A stretch of DNA of 64,000 nt from Endomicrobium sp. (GCA_031290155.1 JAITOB010000008.1:14603-78602); one strand, 5' to 3'. Shown: positions 41,463 through 52,430, numbered from the stretch's first letter. Notes: a model not told the origin generated them from the sequence alone. Program-made: numbers and translations.

Positions 41463-42034
41463 TGCGAAAAATAAAAAATTTCAAAGTAAATTTACGTTTA
41501 AGAGAAATCTTGCGTTCAGTGAAAAAACTTATAAATACCGTTGGACTACCTGTAAATTTTGAAGAAGAGGTTCAGCGGTGTTGTTTTTTTTATTCAAAAT
41601 TTTTAGTTCCTTCTGTAATTTATGAAATTTTTTCAAAAGAAACGCTTCATTTTAAGCATGATGAAGATGTACCTTCTAAATGGATTGCGGCAAGTATTTT
41701 TTTTCTGACTATAGGTAATAATCTTTACGAAGAATATAGTAAAAACACAAAAACTTTTGGCGAATATACCGGACAAATTGTATCTGCGGTAGTCGCGGAT
41801 GCTTTGCAGCAGGCCAAGAATTTTGTACAAAGACTTATTTCAAACGAAGCGGAAAAAGAAAACTGTGAAATTTTGAGGATTGTAAATGTTCCGCAAGATT
41901 TATACTCAGTAATAGGGGAGGATATTCCTATTAATAAAATAAATATAAGTATAGAAGCTGGAGAATTAATGCCTCGATATTCGCTGTGCGGATTGTTTTA
42001 TTGGATTCCATCTAAGAAAAAAATAAAAAAATGA
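41462..42034 (+). CDS. Hypothetical protein with possible B12 methionine-synthase activation-domain-like fold
   Basis: Open frame coupled to secF and waaA. 'FFLTIG' and 'LMPRYSLCGL' resemble stand-alone MetH reactivation domains. Confidence 0.55.
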   Translation: MRKIKNFKVNLRLREILRSVKKLINTVGLPVNFEEEVQRCCFFYSKFLVPSVIYEIFSKETLHFKHDEDVPSKWIAASIFFLTIGNNLYEEYSKNTKTFGEYTGQIVSAVVADALQQAKNFVQRLISNEAEKENCEILRIVNVPQDLYSVIGEDIPINKINISIEAGELMPRYSLCGLFYWIPSKKKIKK

Positions 42035-43281
42035 TAAAGTTTTTTCTTGTAATATATAATATTCTTTTTACTCTGTTTCTGCCTTTAATAGTGTTTATAG
42101 TTCTTCTTAGTAGCACATACCGAAAAGAGATTCTATATAAACTATCCGAACGTTTTGCAATTTATAAACTTCCAAATAAAAATTTAAAAAAAACTTTTTG
42201 GATACACTGTGCTTCACTTGGGGAAATTCGTGCTGTAGAACCTATTTTAGACAGTTTCAAAGATAAATATTATATTGTTTTAACTTCAGTTACAAAAAGT
42301 GGCAGAGAATATGCTCAAAAATTGCAAAAAGCAGATTTTGTGGCTTTATTTCCTTTGGATATCCACCCTATTATGTCTAAGGCGTTTAATATTATTAAAC
42401 CAGATATGTTAGTGCTTGTTGAAACTGAACTTTGGCCGAATATGCTTTATGTCGCAGCGCATAAAAAAGTTAAGATTATTACAATTAACGGGAGAATATC
42501 AAATAAATCGTTTAAAGTTTATAAAAAACTAAAATTTTTCTGGAATAAATTTGTGGGATTAATTAATGTTTTTGTAGCAAGAAGCAAGGATGATGTCGAC
42601 AGGTTTACTTTTTTTGCAAATGAAAAAAATAAAATTACTATTTCTGGAAATATAAAATATGATAAGAATTTTAAATTAAACTTTAAAAGAAAAGATTTAT
42701 TTTTAAGAGAAGAAGATTTCGCTTTTACAGCGGGGAGCACAAGAACAGGCGAAGAAGAAATTATTATAGATGTGTACAATAAAATAAGTTCAACTTTCAA
42801 TAATATTAAATTTTTTGTAGCTCCAAGACATATTTCAAGAATAAACAACCTAATAAAAATTCTTGAAGACAACCATATCAAATATTCATTGTTTTCTGAA
42901 GGTTTTTGCAGTAATAGATTTATTTTGGTTGATATTTTTGGAAAACTGCAAAGTATTTATGCAGTTTCAGATGTATGCTTTATAGGAGGGTCTATTGTGA
43001 ATAAAGGCGGACAGAATCCAATAGAACCTGCAGCCTATGCTAAACCTGTTTTATTTGGTAAAAATATGGATAATTTTAAAATTGAGTCTGAAATTCTTAT
43101 AAAATACGGCGGAGCATTAGTTGTTAAAGATGCAGATGACTTAGCAGATAAGCTTAAAAGATTTATCTCCGATAAAGAATTTCTTAAAGATACAGCTTTA
43201 AAAGCTTTTAAAGCTGTTATGTCTCAAAAAGGGGCTGTAGCTTTTACAATAAAACAAATAGAAGAAAATCTGAATGCGTAA
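42031..43281 (+). CDS. waaA: Kdo transferase
   Basis: WIHCASLGE, VETELWPN, NGRIS, GNIKYD, AGST, APRH and GGQNPIEPA. Confidence 0.95.
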   Translation: MIKFFLVIYNILFTLFLPLIVFIVLLSSTYRKEILYKLSERFAIYKLPNKNLKKTFWIHCASLGEIRAVEPILDSFKDKYYIVLTSVTKSGREYAQKLQKADFVALFPLDIHPIMSKAFNIIKPDMLVLVETELWPNMLYVAAHKKVKIITINGRISNKSFKVYKKLKFFWNKFVGLINVFVARSKDDVDRFTFFANEKNKITISGNIKYDKNFKLNFKRKDLFLREEDFAFTAGSTRTGEEEIIIDVYNKISSTFNNIKFFVAPRHISRINNLIKILEDNHIKYSLFSEGFCSNRFILVDIFGKLQSIYAVSDVCFIGGSIVNKGGQNPIEPAAYAKPVLFGKNMDNFKIESEILIKYGGALVVKDADDLADKLKRFISDKEFLKDTALKAFKAVMSQKGAVAFTIKQIEENLNA

Positions 43282-44947
43282 CAAAAGTTTGGGAAAAATC
43301 ATTACATTCATATGCTATGTTATTGATAAAACTTCAAGAAAAATATCGTTAAACGATACTTTACATTATCCAAGCCCCTCAATTTATTCTTTCTGGCACG
43401 GTAATGAGCTGCCAATAATGTTGTTTAATCAAAAAAACGACATAGTTATTATGGTCAGTCTCTCCAAAGACGGAGAAATTTTATCTCAAATTTTAAAAAA
43501 ATTCGGTTATTTAACTGTTAAAGGCTCTTCAAGTAAAAGAGGGCAGAGAGCGCTAATAGAAATTATAAAATTTGCTCAAAAAGGATACACTCTTGCTTTT
43601 GCTGCCGACGGACCGAAAGGGCCTTATCATAAGCTTAAATCCGGAGTAGTATATGTCGCTCAAAAAACAGGGTTGCCTTTGATTCCCATAAGCTGCTCTC
43701 CCAAAAATAAAATTGTACTTAACAAGTCATGGGATAAGACGATAATCCCGTTGCCTTTTTCAAAAGTAGTTCAAATTTATGGAGAACCTATTTATGTCGG
43801 CGTTGCAGACAATATTGAAGAGAAGACAGCTGTTGTAGAAGAAGAATCGAATAAGCTTTTTACATTTACACAGAAACATTACTGGTGTAAAGACGTCCTA
43901 ACATATTTATCGCACCATCCTGAGCCCAAGATTTTAATAGTTCAGCCTAGCAGAATAGGAGACATAATATTTTCTCTGCCGGTTCTTTCAGCATTAAAAA
44001 AAAGATATCCAAATGCAAAAATAAGCTGGATTGTTGATGATAGATGCTGTGAGATTTTAGAAGGGAATGCTTGTTTGGAAAATATTTTTATATGGAATAG
44101 AAAACAAGTTTCTTTTAAATATTATAAAGATTTAAGACGGAAATTAAAAAATCAAAAATTTGATTTAAGCATAGATTTACATGGTCTTGCAAAATCTGCA
44201 GTGTTTGTAAAATTTGCTAGTGCAAGATTTAAAATAGCTTCGTCTTCTACAAACGGTATGAAAGAGTTTTCGTGGCTTTTTTCAAAGGAAATCAAATCAC
44301 CGGAAACTTATCATTGCGTTGAACGACATTTTGAAGTGGCAAAATATTTAGATTGTGCTGATGAGATAAATTATCCTATTGCTGTTTCAGAAACAGACTT
44401 TAAAAATGTCAGAAAAAAATTGTTGAAAGAAAATGTAAATATAGAAAATATAATAGGTATTCATCCCGGAGGCGGCTGGATTTCAAGAAGGTGGCACAGT
44501 TATAACTTTGCTATGCTTGCTAGACGATTAAAAACAGAAATTGAAGCAGATATTGTTCTTGTAGGTGGGAAAGAAGGCGGAACAACAGAAAGAGGATTAA
44601 GCGAAAAAATAATTGCAGATGCCGGTGTTCAAATATCTGATATGACGGGAAAATTTACTTTAAAAGAATTGTGTGCTTTCATAAAAATATGTAAAATCTT
44701 TGTCGGAAATGAGGCGGGACCTATGCATATCGCTACAGCTCTTGGCGCACAAGCAGTAGCAATTCTAGGGCCTACAAATGCAAGCCGTACAGGACCGTAT
44801 AAGGGCAATACAAAAATTATACAGCATAAATTTGCCTGCCAGCCGTGCAGAAACAGGGATTGTAAAGATACCGTATGTATGTGCAGTGTAACTGTTTCTG
44901 AAGTTTTTGAAGAAGTAAAGAAAAAGTATGAAAATTTTAATTATTAA
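43274..44947 (+). CDS. Fusion of DUF374 (LpxJ-like acyltransferase) and GT9 heptosyltransferase
   Basis: N-terminus FWHG, SLSKDGE, GSSSKRG, DGPKGP, WD..IIPLPFS; C-terminus SRIGD, DLHGLAKS, HPGG and AGPMHIA. Confidence 0.85.
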   Translation: MRNKSLGKIITFICYVIDKTSRKISLNDTLHYPSPSIYSFWHGNELPIMLFNQKNDIVIMVSLSKDGEILSQILKKFGYLTVKGSSSKRGQRALIEIIKFAQKGYTLAFAADGPKGPYHKLKSGVVYVAQKTGLPLIPISCSPKNKIVLNKSWDKTIIPLPFSKVVQIYGEPIYVGVADNIEEKTAVVEEESNKLFTFTQKHYWCKDVLTYLSHHPEPKILIVQPSRIGDIIFSLPVLSALKKRYPNAKISWIVDDRCCEILEGNACLENIFIWNRKQVSFKYYKDLRRKLKNQKFDLSIDLHGLAKSAVFVKFASARFKIASSSTNGMKEFSWLFSKEIKSPETYHCVERHFEVAKYLDCADEINYPIAVSETDFKNVRKKLLKENVNIENIIGIHPGGGWISRRWHSYNFAMLARRLKTEIEADIVLVGGKEGGTTERGLSEKIIADAGVQISDMTGKFTLKELCAFIKICKIFVGNEAGPMHIATALGAQAVAILGPTNASRTGPYKGNTKIIQHKFACQPCRNRDCKDTVCMCSVTVSEVFEEVKKKYENFNY

Positions 44948-45857
44948 ACCTAGTTCATTTGGCGATATAGTACAAGCTTTGCCTTGCGCAAACGCTTTAA
45001 AACAAATATATCATGGATGTGAGATAAGCTGGGTTGTCTTTAATAGATGGTCTTCTATAATTACAATTTGTCCAGATATCGATAAAATTATAATATGGGA
45101 CAGAAAAAAGGGATTAAAGGGTTTTTTTGATGTATTAAAAAAAGTTAGTGAAACGGAGTACGATTTAATTATAGATTTACAGGGACTTTTAAGAAGCGCG
45201 TTGCTTGCAAAATTTGCCAGAGCGAAAATAAAACTTGGGGTGCCCGGGATGAAAGAGTCCAGCAAATTTTTAATAAAAGAAGTATATCCTAAAAGTGCGA
45301 TGATAAATGCTACACTTCGCAATCTTGAACTTGTTCATTTTTTAACTGGTAAAAAATTTTATCCTGAAATAAATATAAAAGTTAATACTAACTCAAATAA
45401 AATTCTGCAGGATAATGGAGTTTCTGGATATTTTATTTCCTTGTTTCCTTTTGCTAGAGGGAAAGGAAAAGACTGGAGCGTATTTAACTATAATAAGCTT
45501 ATTAATTTGATAAAAAGAGAATATTTTGATATACAGATTGTAGTTTTAGGGGTAATAAAAGATTTTGGTAAAATACGTTCCGATAAAATTGTAGATTTAT
45601 GTGGGAAAACAAAAATAGAAAATCTTGCAGGTATTTTATTAAAAAGTAAAATTGCAATAGGCGCGGATACCGGTCCGATGCATTTGTCGTCAGTTTTACA
45701 AATACCGTCTATTTTTATATTTGGAAATTCAAATATCAATGAAACTGCCCCTTGCATAGGGAAATTCTCGCTGCTTTTGAATAATACTAATCCTAAAAAT
45801 ATAAATGATATTAAACCAGAAACTGTTTTTGCAGAGATAAAAAAATGGATAAATTGA
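44928..45857 (+). CDS. GT9 LPS heptosyltransferase (WaaC/WaaF-like)
   Basis: KILIIKPSSFGDIV, DLQGLLRSA and DTGPMHL. Confidence 0.9.
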   Translation: MKILIIKPSSFGDIVQALPCANALKQIYHGCEISWVVFNRWSSIITICPDIDKIIIWDRKKGLKGFFDVLKKVSETEYDLIIDLQGLLRSALLAKFARAKIKLGVPGMKESSKFLIKEVYPKSAMINATLRNLELVHFLTGKKFYPEINIKVNTNSNKILQDNGVSGYFISLFPFARGKGKDWSVFNYNKLINLIKREYFDIQIVVLGVIKDFGKIRSDKIVDLCGKTKIENLAGILLKSKIAIGADTGPMHLSSVLQIPSIFIFGNSNINETAPCIGKFSLLLNNTNPKNINDIKPETVFAEIKKWIN

Positions 45858-46379
45858 TTGATTTTTTTATACAGCTAATATAAAAGATTACAAGGAAACA
45901 TAATTTTTATATGAATAAATCTTTAATAAGAAATGTTAAAATACTAAATTTATAAATTTAGTATTTATCCTTCCTATCAATAAACTTAGAATGAATTTTG
46001 ACTTCAAATTTATTTTATTCTGTTTTGTTAAAGCTCTTCATTTTATTTTAATTAATTCCAATAGTAGCAATAAATACCCGCCGTTGCTTATTTAATTTGG
46101 CATAAATTACTCTAAATACGGTAATTAGTTTAAATAATTAGCGGCGTAGGCGAATCAAAAGTATGTATTTATGCGTCAAATTTTTTAAGATATCCAAGAA
46201 AGTGTTATCAAATACAATTAATAGCTGGATTTTATTAAATTTTATAATAGGGTAAAGGATGCATTAAAAATAATACTGAACGTTGTTAATTTCTATAATC
46301 AGAATTGGTTGCACAAGTTAAAAAATTTGTAATAATTCTAAAATTATATACAACATTTAGTTTAAGTTGTTAGTGTATT

Positions 46380-46790
46380 TTGAATTTTTTGCCTTGAGTT
46401 TAACAGTTATAAAAAACCTGCTGATTTATCGTAATTAGAATTGGATGGAGGAAGTCAGTATGGTTTTTATAGATGACGATGAAACTTTTTTAAGCACATT
46501 GAAAATTCTTTTAGAAGACAACGGGGGTATTTATGGATACTTATACCAATCCAAATGATTTCCTAAACAGTTTAAATAAATATTCCAAAGATACTAAAGT
46601 TATAACTGATTATAAACTGAAATGTGATATTGACGAGTTGGATTTACTTAAAAAGTTATATGAGTTGAGATATACAAAATTGTACTTAATGTCTGGCAGA
46701 GCTTTTGCGCAGGATGATATACCGTATTATGTCAATGTTATATAAAAGACATAACATTGAAAACTTGTTTTAAAGAAAAATAAGCTGAAT
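46380..46790 (+). pseudogene. Receiver-domain remnant (probably the C-terminus of a hybrid kinase)
   Basis: 'VFIDDDE', then frameshifted 'KVITDYKL' and 'LYLMSG'. Confidence 0.6.
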
Positions 46791-46819
46791 CAAGCAACGA
46801 AAAAGATACTGGAGAATGT

Positions 46820-47980
46820 ATGATAAAAATTTGTTATATTATTACCAAACTTGAACTTGGGGGGGCGCAGAAAGTAGCTTTATATACCGGTGCAAATATC
46901 AATAAAAATATTTTTGAGAGTATTTTAATAACAGGTGTAGGTGGAGTATTAGATGATGAAGCTTCTAAAAAATTTAAAGTCTTTCAGTTGAAAAATTTTG
47001 CAAGAGAAGTGTCTCCTCTAAAAGATTTAAGGGCATTGTTTTGTATATATTCTATATTAAAAAGAGAAAAACCCGATATTGTACATACGCATTCGTCAAA
47101 AGCTGGTATTCTTGGACGTATTGCAGCTAAGTTGGCAGGAATAAAAGTTGTTTTGCACACTATACATGGATATGGATTTAATGAGACGCAAAAATGGTAT
47201 GAAAAGTATTTGTATGTGTATCTCGAAAAATCCTGCGCTTCGATATCAAATAAATTAATTGCCGTATCGAAAGAAGATGTACAAAAAGGTCTTAAATATA
47301 AAATTGCAAAAGAGAGCAAATACACGCTTATACGCGCCGGAATAGATACAGAATTTTATAAAAATTTTAATCAAAATCCAAATTTCAGAAAAAGTTTAGG
47401 AATAAATAACAATATAAAAGTTATTACTACAATAGGAGCTTTTAAACCTCAAAAAAATCTAAAGGATTTTGTTAAAGCTGCGTCAATTGCTTTTCAATCA
47501 GTAAAAAATGTTGTTTTTTTAATAGTTGGAGATGGTCAGGAACGCGGAGAGTTAGAAAACTTGATATTAAATTTTAATTTAAAAGAGAATATTCTTTTTC
47601 TTGGCTGGAGAACTGATATAGCAGAAATACTAAAAATAAGTGATATATTTGTTTTGACGTCTCTATGGGAAGGATTGCCCTGCACAATTTTAGAAGCTAT
47701 GTGTTGTTCAAAGCCTGTTATAGCTAATGCTGTTGATGGTGTGAAAGAAATTATAGTTGAAAGTAAAACAGGTTTTCTTATAGAACTGCATAATTATAAA
47801 AAAACAGCTGAAAAAATTATATATCTGCTTACTAATCCTTCAGAGATTGAATCAATGGGTAAAAATGCGTTAAATTCAATCGGACAAGAATTCAATATAG
47901 ATTATACGGTTAAACAACATGAAGAACTATATCTGCAGTTAATAAAACCAGACGGCAATGTTAAAATAAATTTTGTATAA
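46820..47980 (+). CDS. Family 4 glycosyltransferase
   Basis: LGGAQ, HTHSSKAG, HTIHG and SLWEGLP..ILEAM. Confidence 0.92.
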   Translation: MIKICYIITKLELGGAQKVALYTGANINKNIFESILITGVGGVLDDEASKKFKVFQLKNFAREVSPLKDLRALFCIYSILKREKPDIVHTHSSKAGILGRIAAKLAGIKVVLHTIHGYGFNETQKWYEKYLYVYLEKSCASISNKLIAVSKEDVQKGLKYKIAKESKYTLIRAGIDTEFYKNFNQNPNFRKSLGINNNIKVITTIGAFKPQKNLKDFVKAASIAFQSVKNVVFLIVGDGQERGELENLILNFNLKENILFLGWRTDIAEILKISDIFVLTSLWEGLPCTILEAMCCSKPVIANAVDGVKEIIVESKTGFLIELHNYKKTAEKIIYLLTNPSEIESMGKNALNSIGQEFNIDYTVKQHEELYLQLIKPDGNVKINFV

Positions 47981-48180
47981 TTAACAATAAATTAAAAAAG
48001 ATTATAGTCATCGCTGCTATAAGTATACATTCCTTGTTTTTATACCTGAAAAAGCGGACATTTATTGTATGGTTAAAAATAGATTTCTTGTACTGGTATT
48101 GAGAAATAGATTTATTTTTTACAATATATTTAATATTTTTATTTAATTTTATATGGCCGATTACAAAATAGGGTGGTTTA

Positions 48181-49437
48181 TTGAATTATTTTATTGAAAC
48201 TATAGGTTGTCAGATGAATATGTGCGATTCTGATATGCTTGATTCTGTTCTTTCAACTTATGGAGCGTCAAAAGTGGACAATCTGTTAGATGCGGATGTG
48301 GTCGTGCTTAATACTTGTTCTGTAAGAGCGCAGTCTGAACAAAAAGCTTTTTCTTATATTGGAAGGACAGAGGAATTCAAGCGGCAAAATCCTGACTTGA
48401 AAATAGTTGTTATGGGATGTATGGCAGAAAGGCTCGGTTGCAGGATAAAAAAGCGTTTTAATAGCGTTGATTTAATTATAAGCGCGAAAAATATTGACAA
48501 TGCTGCTTTAAAGATTATTAATTCATGCTTTATTAATAACGCTGTAAAAAATGAGAGATTTGATTTAAAATCTGAGATTGTTAGATACGTTACAATTATT
48601 AGAGGATGTAATAATTATTGTTCTTATTGTATAGTGCCTTTTGTAAGAGGAAATGAGAAAAGTCTTGATTATCAGTCCCTGATAAATGAATGTTCTTTGA
48701 TGGTTAAAAATGGCGCAAGGGAAATAATGCTTTTAGGGCAAAATGTAAACTCATATCAATATGGAGACGTAAATTTTTCTTTATTGCTTAAAAAAATTGC
48801 TTCAATAAAAAATCTTGACAGAATAAGATTTATGACGAACCATCCTAAAGATTTAGACGATAACCTTATAAATGTTATGGCTGCAGAGCCGAAAGTTTGT
48901 CCTCATATTCACCTTCCTATGCAGTCTGCATCTAATAAAATTCTTAAAACAATGAACAGAAAGTATACTTATGAACATTATCTTGATTTAATCGGCAAAC
49001 TAAGAACAACTGTTCCCGAAATAAGTATAACAACCGATATTATTGTGGGATTTCCCGAAGAAACTGAAAAGGATTTTGAGGATACTTTAAATGCAGTAAG
49101 AACAATAAGATTTGACGGGCTATACGTTTTTAAGTATTCTCCGCGGCATGGTACAGTCGCTTCTAAAATGGCTGATATTGTAACTTTAGAAGAAAAAAAG
49201 AGGCGCCACTCGATTGTGCTTAAAGAATCAAATAAAATTTCTGTTGAAATTGTTTCAAAAATGATAGGAAGCGTTCAGAAGGTTTTAGCTGAGAAAATTA
49301 ATAATGGAGTTATAGAATCAAGAGCAAGGGGAGGGCGTAAAGTTTTTGTAAAAGGCAGCAAAGATCATATCGGCAAAATTTTTAATGTCAGCATCAAAAC
49401 AGCAAAAATAAATTCATTACTTGGCGATATTGTATGA
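48181..49437 (+). CDS. miaB: tRNA-2-methylthio-N6-dimethylallyladenosine synthase
   Basis: GCQMN, NTCSVR, GCMAE, GCNNYCSYC and TDIIVGFP. Confidence 0.93.
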   Translation: MNYFIETIGCQMNMCDSDMLDSVLSTYGASKVDNLLDADVVVLNTCSVRAQSEQKAFSYIGRTEEFKRQNPDLKIVVMGCMAERLGCRIKKRFNSVDLIISAKNIDNAALKIINSCFINNAVKNERFDLKSEIVRYVTIIRGCNNYCSYCIVPFVRGNEKSLDYQSLINECSLMVKNGAREIMLLGQNVNSYQYGDVNFSLLLKKIASIKNLDRIRFMTNHPKDLDDNLINVMAAEPKVCPHIHLPMQSASNKILKTMNRKYTYEHYLDLIGKLRTTVPEISITTDIIVGFPEETEKDFEDTLNAVRTIRFDGLYVFKYSPRHGTVASKMADIVTLEEKKRRHSIVLKESNKISVEIVSKMIGSVQKVLAEKINNGVIESRARGGRKVFVKGSKDHIGKIFNVSIKTAKINSLLGDIV

Positions 49438-49991
49438 GAAAATTTGTTATACCGGCTGTTTTTGTTTTGATTGTACTGCTGCTTTTTAATTTTAATAAAA
49501 AAATTGGCTTGTTTGATAAAAATCCGTATGAGAACTATATAATTAAATATTCTAATCAATTTGGAATTGATTCTTTGCTGGTAAAAGCTGTTATGAAAAA
49601 AGAATCAAATTTAAATCCTAATGTAGTTTCAAGCAGAGGCGCTGTTGGTCTTATGCAGATAATGCCTGTTACTGCGCTGCAAATTGCAAACCAGTTGAAT
49701 ATTAGATCTCATTCCAATGAGCAGCTTAAAGAAGCAGAAGTAAACATAATGTTTGGAACTTATTATTTGCAAAGACTTTTAAATTATTATTATAATAATC
49801 TTATTTTATCTTTAGCCGCATACAATGCGGGAATAGGAAACGTTGAAAATTGGTACAAGCAATATCCTGAAATAAATAAAAAAATACATAAAATACCTTT
49901 TAAAGAAACAAGACTTTATGTACGTTCTATAATATTTACTTACAAAATATATAAAGGAGCGGAAATATTAAAAACCCTGCTAAAAATTTAA
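49434..49991 (+). CDS. Lytic transglycosylase (SLT domain)
   Basis: ES, GAVGLMQ, AAYNAG and IPFKET..YV. Confidence 0.9.
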   Translation: MRKFVIPAVFVLIVLLLFNFNKKIGLFDKNPYENYIIKYSNQFGIDSLLVKAVMKKESNLNPNVVSSRGAVGLMQIMPVTALQIANQLNIRSHSNEQLKEAEVNIMFGTYYLQRLLNYYYNNLILSLAAYNAGIGNVENWYKQYPEINKKIHKIPFKETRLYVRSIIFTYKIYKGAEILKTLLKI

Positions 49992-50345
49992 CTCCGTTAG
50001 TGCAGCAATACTGGGATATTAAAACTAAATATTCAGGCGTGGTTTTATTTTTTCGTTTAGGTGATTTTTATGAGATATTTGGAGATGATGCTATAAAAGC
50101 TGCACCTATTCTTGAAGTTGTGCTTACGCAAAGAGCCGGAGTTCCTATATGCGGTGTTCCTTATCATTCTGTAAATTCATATATAAGGAAATTAATAACA
50201 AAGGGTTTTAAAGTGCCATTTGTGAACAGCTTGAAGAACCTGGAACTGCAAAAGGTGTTGTAAAACGCGAGGTAACAAAAGTAATAACACCCGAAACGGT
50301 TTTAGAAGATACTCTTTTGGATGCAAGAGAAAATAATTTTTTATG
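49989..50345 (+). pseudogene. mutS: MutS N-terminal fragment
   Basis: LTPLVQQY, FRLGDFYEIF and CGVPYH; frameshift before ICEQLE...[10 protein letters not shown], then truncation. Confidence 0.92.
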
Positions 50346-50443
50346 TTTTTTTGTCGTTATTTTGTATTTGTTTTAAAATTTATTATAAAAAACATGTTAA
50401 AAGAAAATCCTAAATAAAGTTAAGGGTTACAGATTAGGTTTGT

Positions 50444-51304
50444 ATGGACATAATTATTATTTCAGGACCTACCGCAAGCGGTAAAACAAAAAAAGCCGTT
50501 GAATTTTGCAAAGAAAAAAACGGAGAAATAATTTCCTGCGATTCAAGGCAGATTTATAAATATTTAGATACAGGCACAAACAAAGAAGGAGTTCTTTTAC
50601 AAAATGGACTACGCGGGGTTAACGGAATTATACAGCATTTGACTGATATTATAAATCCGGATCAAAGTTATAGTGCCGCTAATTTTGTAAAAGATGCTGA
50701 TATAAAGATTTTAAAAATTTTAAATAAAGGTAAAATTCCGATTATAACAGGCGGAACGGGGTTATATATTAAAGCTTTGCTTTACGGATTAGACGCAATG
50801 CCTGAAGCGGATGAAACTTTAAGAAAAGAATTAAAAACTAAATCTTGCAATGAAATTTATGACAGGCTGTTTGAATTAGATCCGCAATCTGCTGAAAAAA
50901 ATAAAAAAAATCCTCAGAGATTAATTCGGGCTCTTGAAATAAATATCCTTTCAAAGAAAACACTCAAAGAGCATTTTAAATCTAAAAGTTTAAGATATAA
51001 TTTTAAACATTACAGCATATCCGTCAACAATAAAATTCTGTATAAAAAAATTAATGAAAGATGTAAGTATATGATTGAAAACGGAATGATTGAAGAAACA
51101 CAAAGAGTTATAAATATGGGGTTTAACGAAGATTGTCCGGCTTTGAGCGGAATAGGGTACAGACATATAATACAATATCTTAATAACAAGATTTCAAAAG
51201 GGGATTTAATTACAGAATTCTCAAAAGATACAAGGCATTATGCAAAACGCCAGAATACATGGTTTAAAGCGCAGCCGGATATAGAGAATATATATGCTGA
51301 ATAA
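50444..51304 (+). CDS. miaA: tRNA dimethylallyltransferase
   Basis: GPTASGKT, DSRQIY, GGTGLY, IGY and YAKRQ.TWF. Confidence 0.95.
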   Translation: MDIIIISGPTASGKTKKAVEFCKEKNGEIISCDSRQIYKYLDTGTNKEGVLLQNGLRGVNGIIQHLTDIINPDQSYSAANFVKDADIKILKILNKGKIPIITGGTGLYIKALLYGLDAMPEADETLRKELKTKSCNEIYDRLFELDPQSAEKNKKNPQRLIRALEINILSKKTLKEHFKSKSLRYNFKHYSISVNNKILYKKINERCKYMIENGMIEETQRVINMGFNEDCPALSGIGYRHIIQYLNNKISKGDLITEFSKDTRHYAKRQNTWFKAQPDIENIYAE

Positions 51305-51430
51305 TTTTTTTATTTAATTGAAAATACCGCGCTTTCAATGTTAAAGTTTTTGTCTATAGATAAAAAGAAATTAATAAAAAAAAGTTAGCATTAGTTACTG
51401 TCGTTTATAAATTAAAAATGAAAAGGGAAT

Positions 51431-52430
51431 ATGGAAAATAAAACGTTAGCAAAAATGCCGGAAAAACAGCTTTTGGAACTATGCTTTCAAGGGTTCTTGG
51501 ATATATAAGAGATATGCTCGTTGCCAATATGTTTGGCGCTGGTATGTGTGCCGATTCTTTTTATGCTGCTTTTAGAATTTCTAATCTTTTTAGACGTTTG
51601 TTTGGCGAAGGCTCTTTCTCTGGCGTATTTATACCGGTATTTAGCGGGTATCTGCATCCGAGAGACAAAAATGAAGCGCAAAAATTTTTGAATATTGCTT
51701 TTACAGCTTTGTTGTTAATGGTTGTAATTATATCTGTTTTGGGAATATTGTTTTCACCTCTCATTGTAAAAGTAGTAGCGTGGGGATTTACAAATGATCC
51801 TGAAAAAATGCAGCTTATCGTGGAACTGACAAGACTTATGTTTCCGTTCATCGTTCTTATATGTCTTGCTGCTTTTCTGCCTGCAGTGTTAAATACTTTG
51901 CATTCATTTTTTATTCCGGCGTTTGCTCCGTCTGCATTAAGTTTTTCTGAGATTATTTTTATGATTGCTGTTGCTCCGATAATTATGCAGGGCAATCAGA
52001 TTAAAGGACTTGCCGTAAGCGTTATTTTAGGCGGCATGCTACATCTTTTTATACAATATCCAAAACTAAAAAATTAGATTGGCACTTAAAATTAAAGCTT
52101 GATTTAAAGCATCCCGGTATAAAAAAAATTATGTTGCTTACGATACCCTCGGTATTAGGTTTGTATGTAGATCAGATAAATGTTTTTGTAGATAACATAT
52201 GCGCATCTTTTCTTTCAAACGGTTCAATACGGCACTATACTATTCTAACAGACTTATGCAGCTTCCGCTGTCAATTTTTTGGACTTGCTTTCGCTACGGC
52301 TTCTCTGCTGCTATGTCAAAAGCTTATGCAAAAAAGATATGGCGGCTCTTAAAAATCTCTTAATTATTCCATAAGGGTTACAGTTTTTGCTCTGCTTCCT
52401 TCAGCTATACAGCCGATATATTTAGCATAA
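51431..52430 (+). pseudogene. murJ: Lipid II flippase MurJ pseudogene
   Basis: SRVLGYIRD and NLFRRLFGEG. Frameshift near the start, a stop at 52075-52077, further frameshifts and 3' truncation. Confidence 0.88.

Noticed and set aside
45860-46380. Minus-strand coding-like remnant
   Set aside because: Many stops and no recognisable family.
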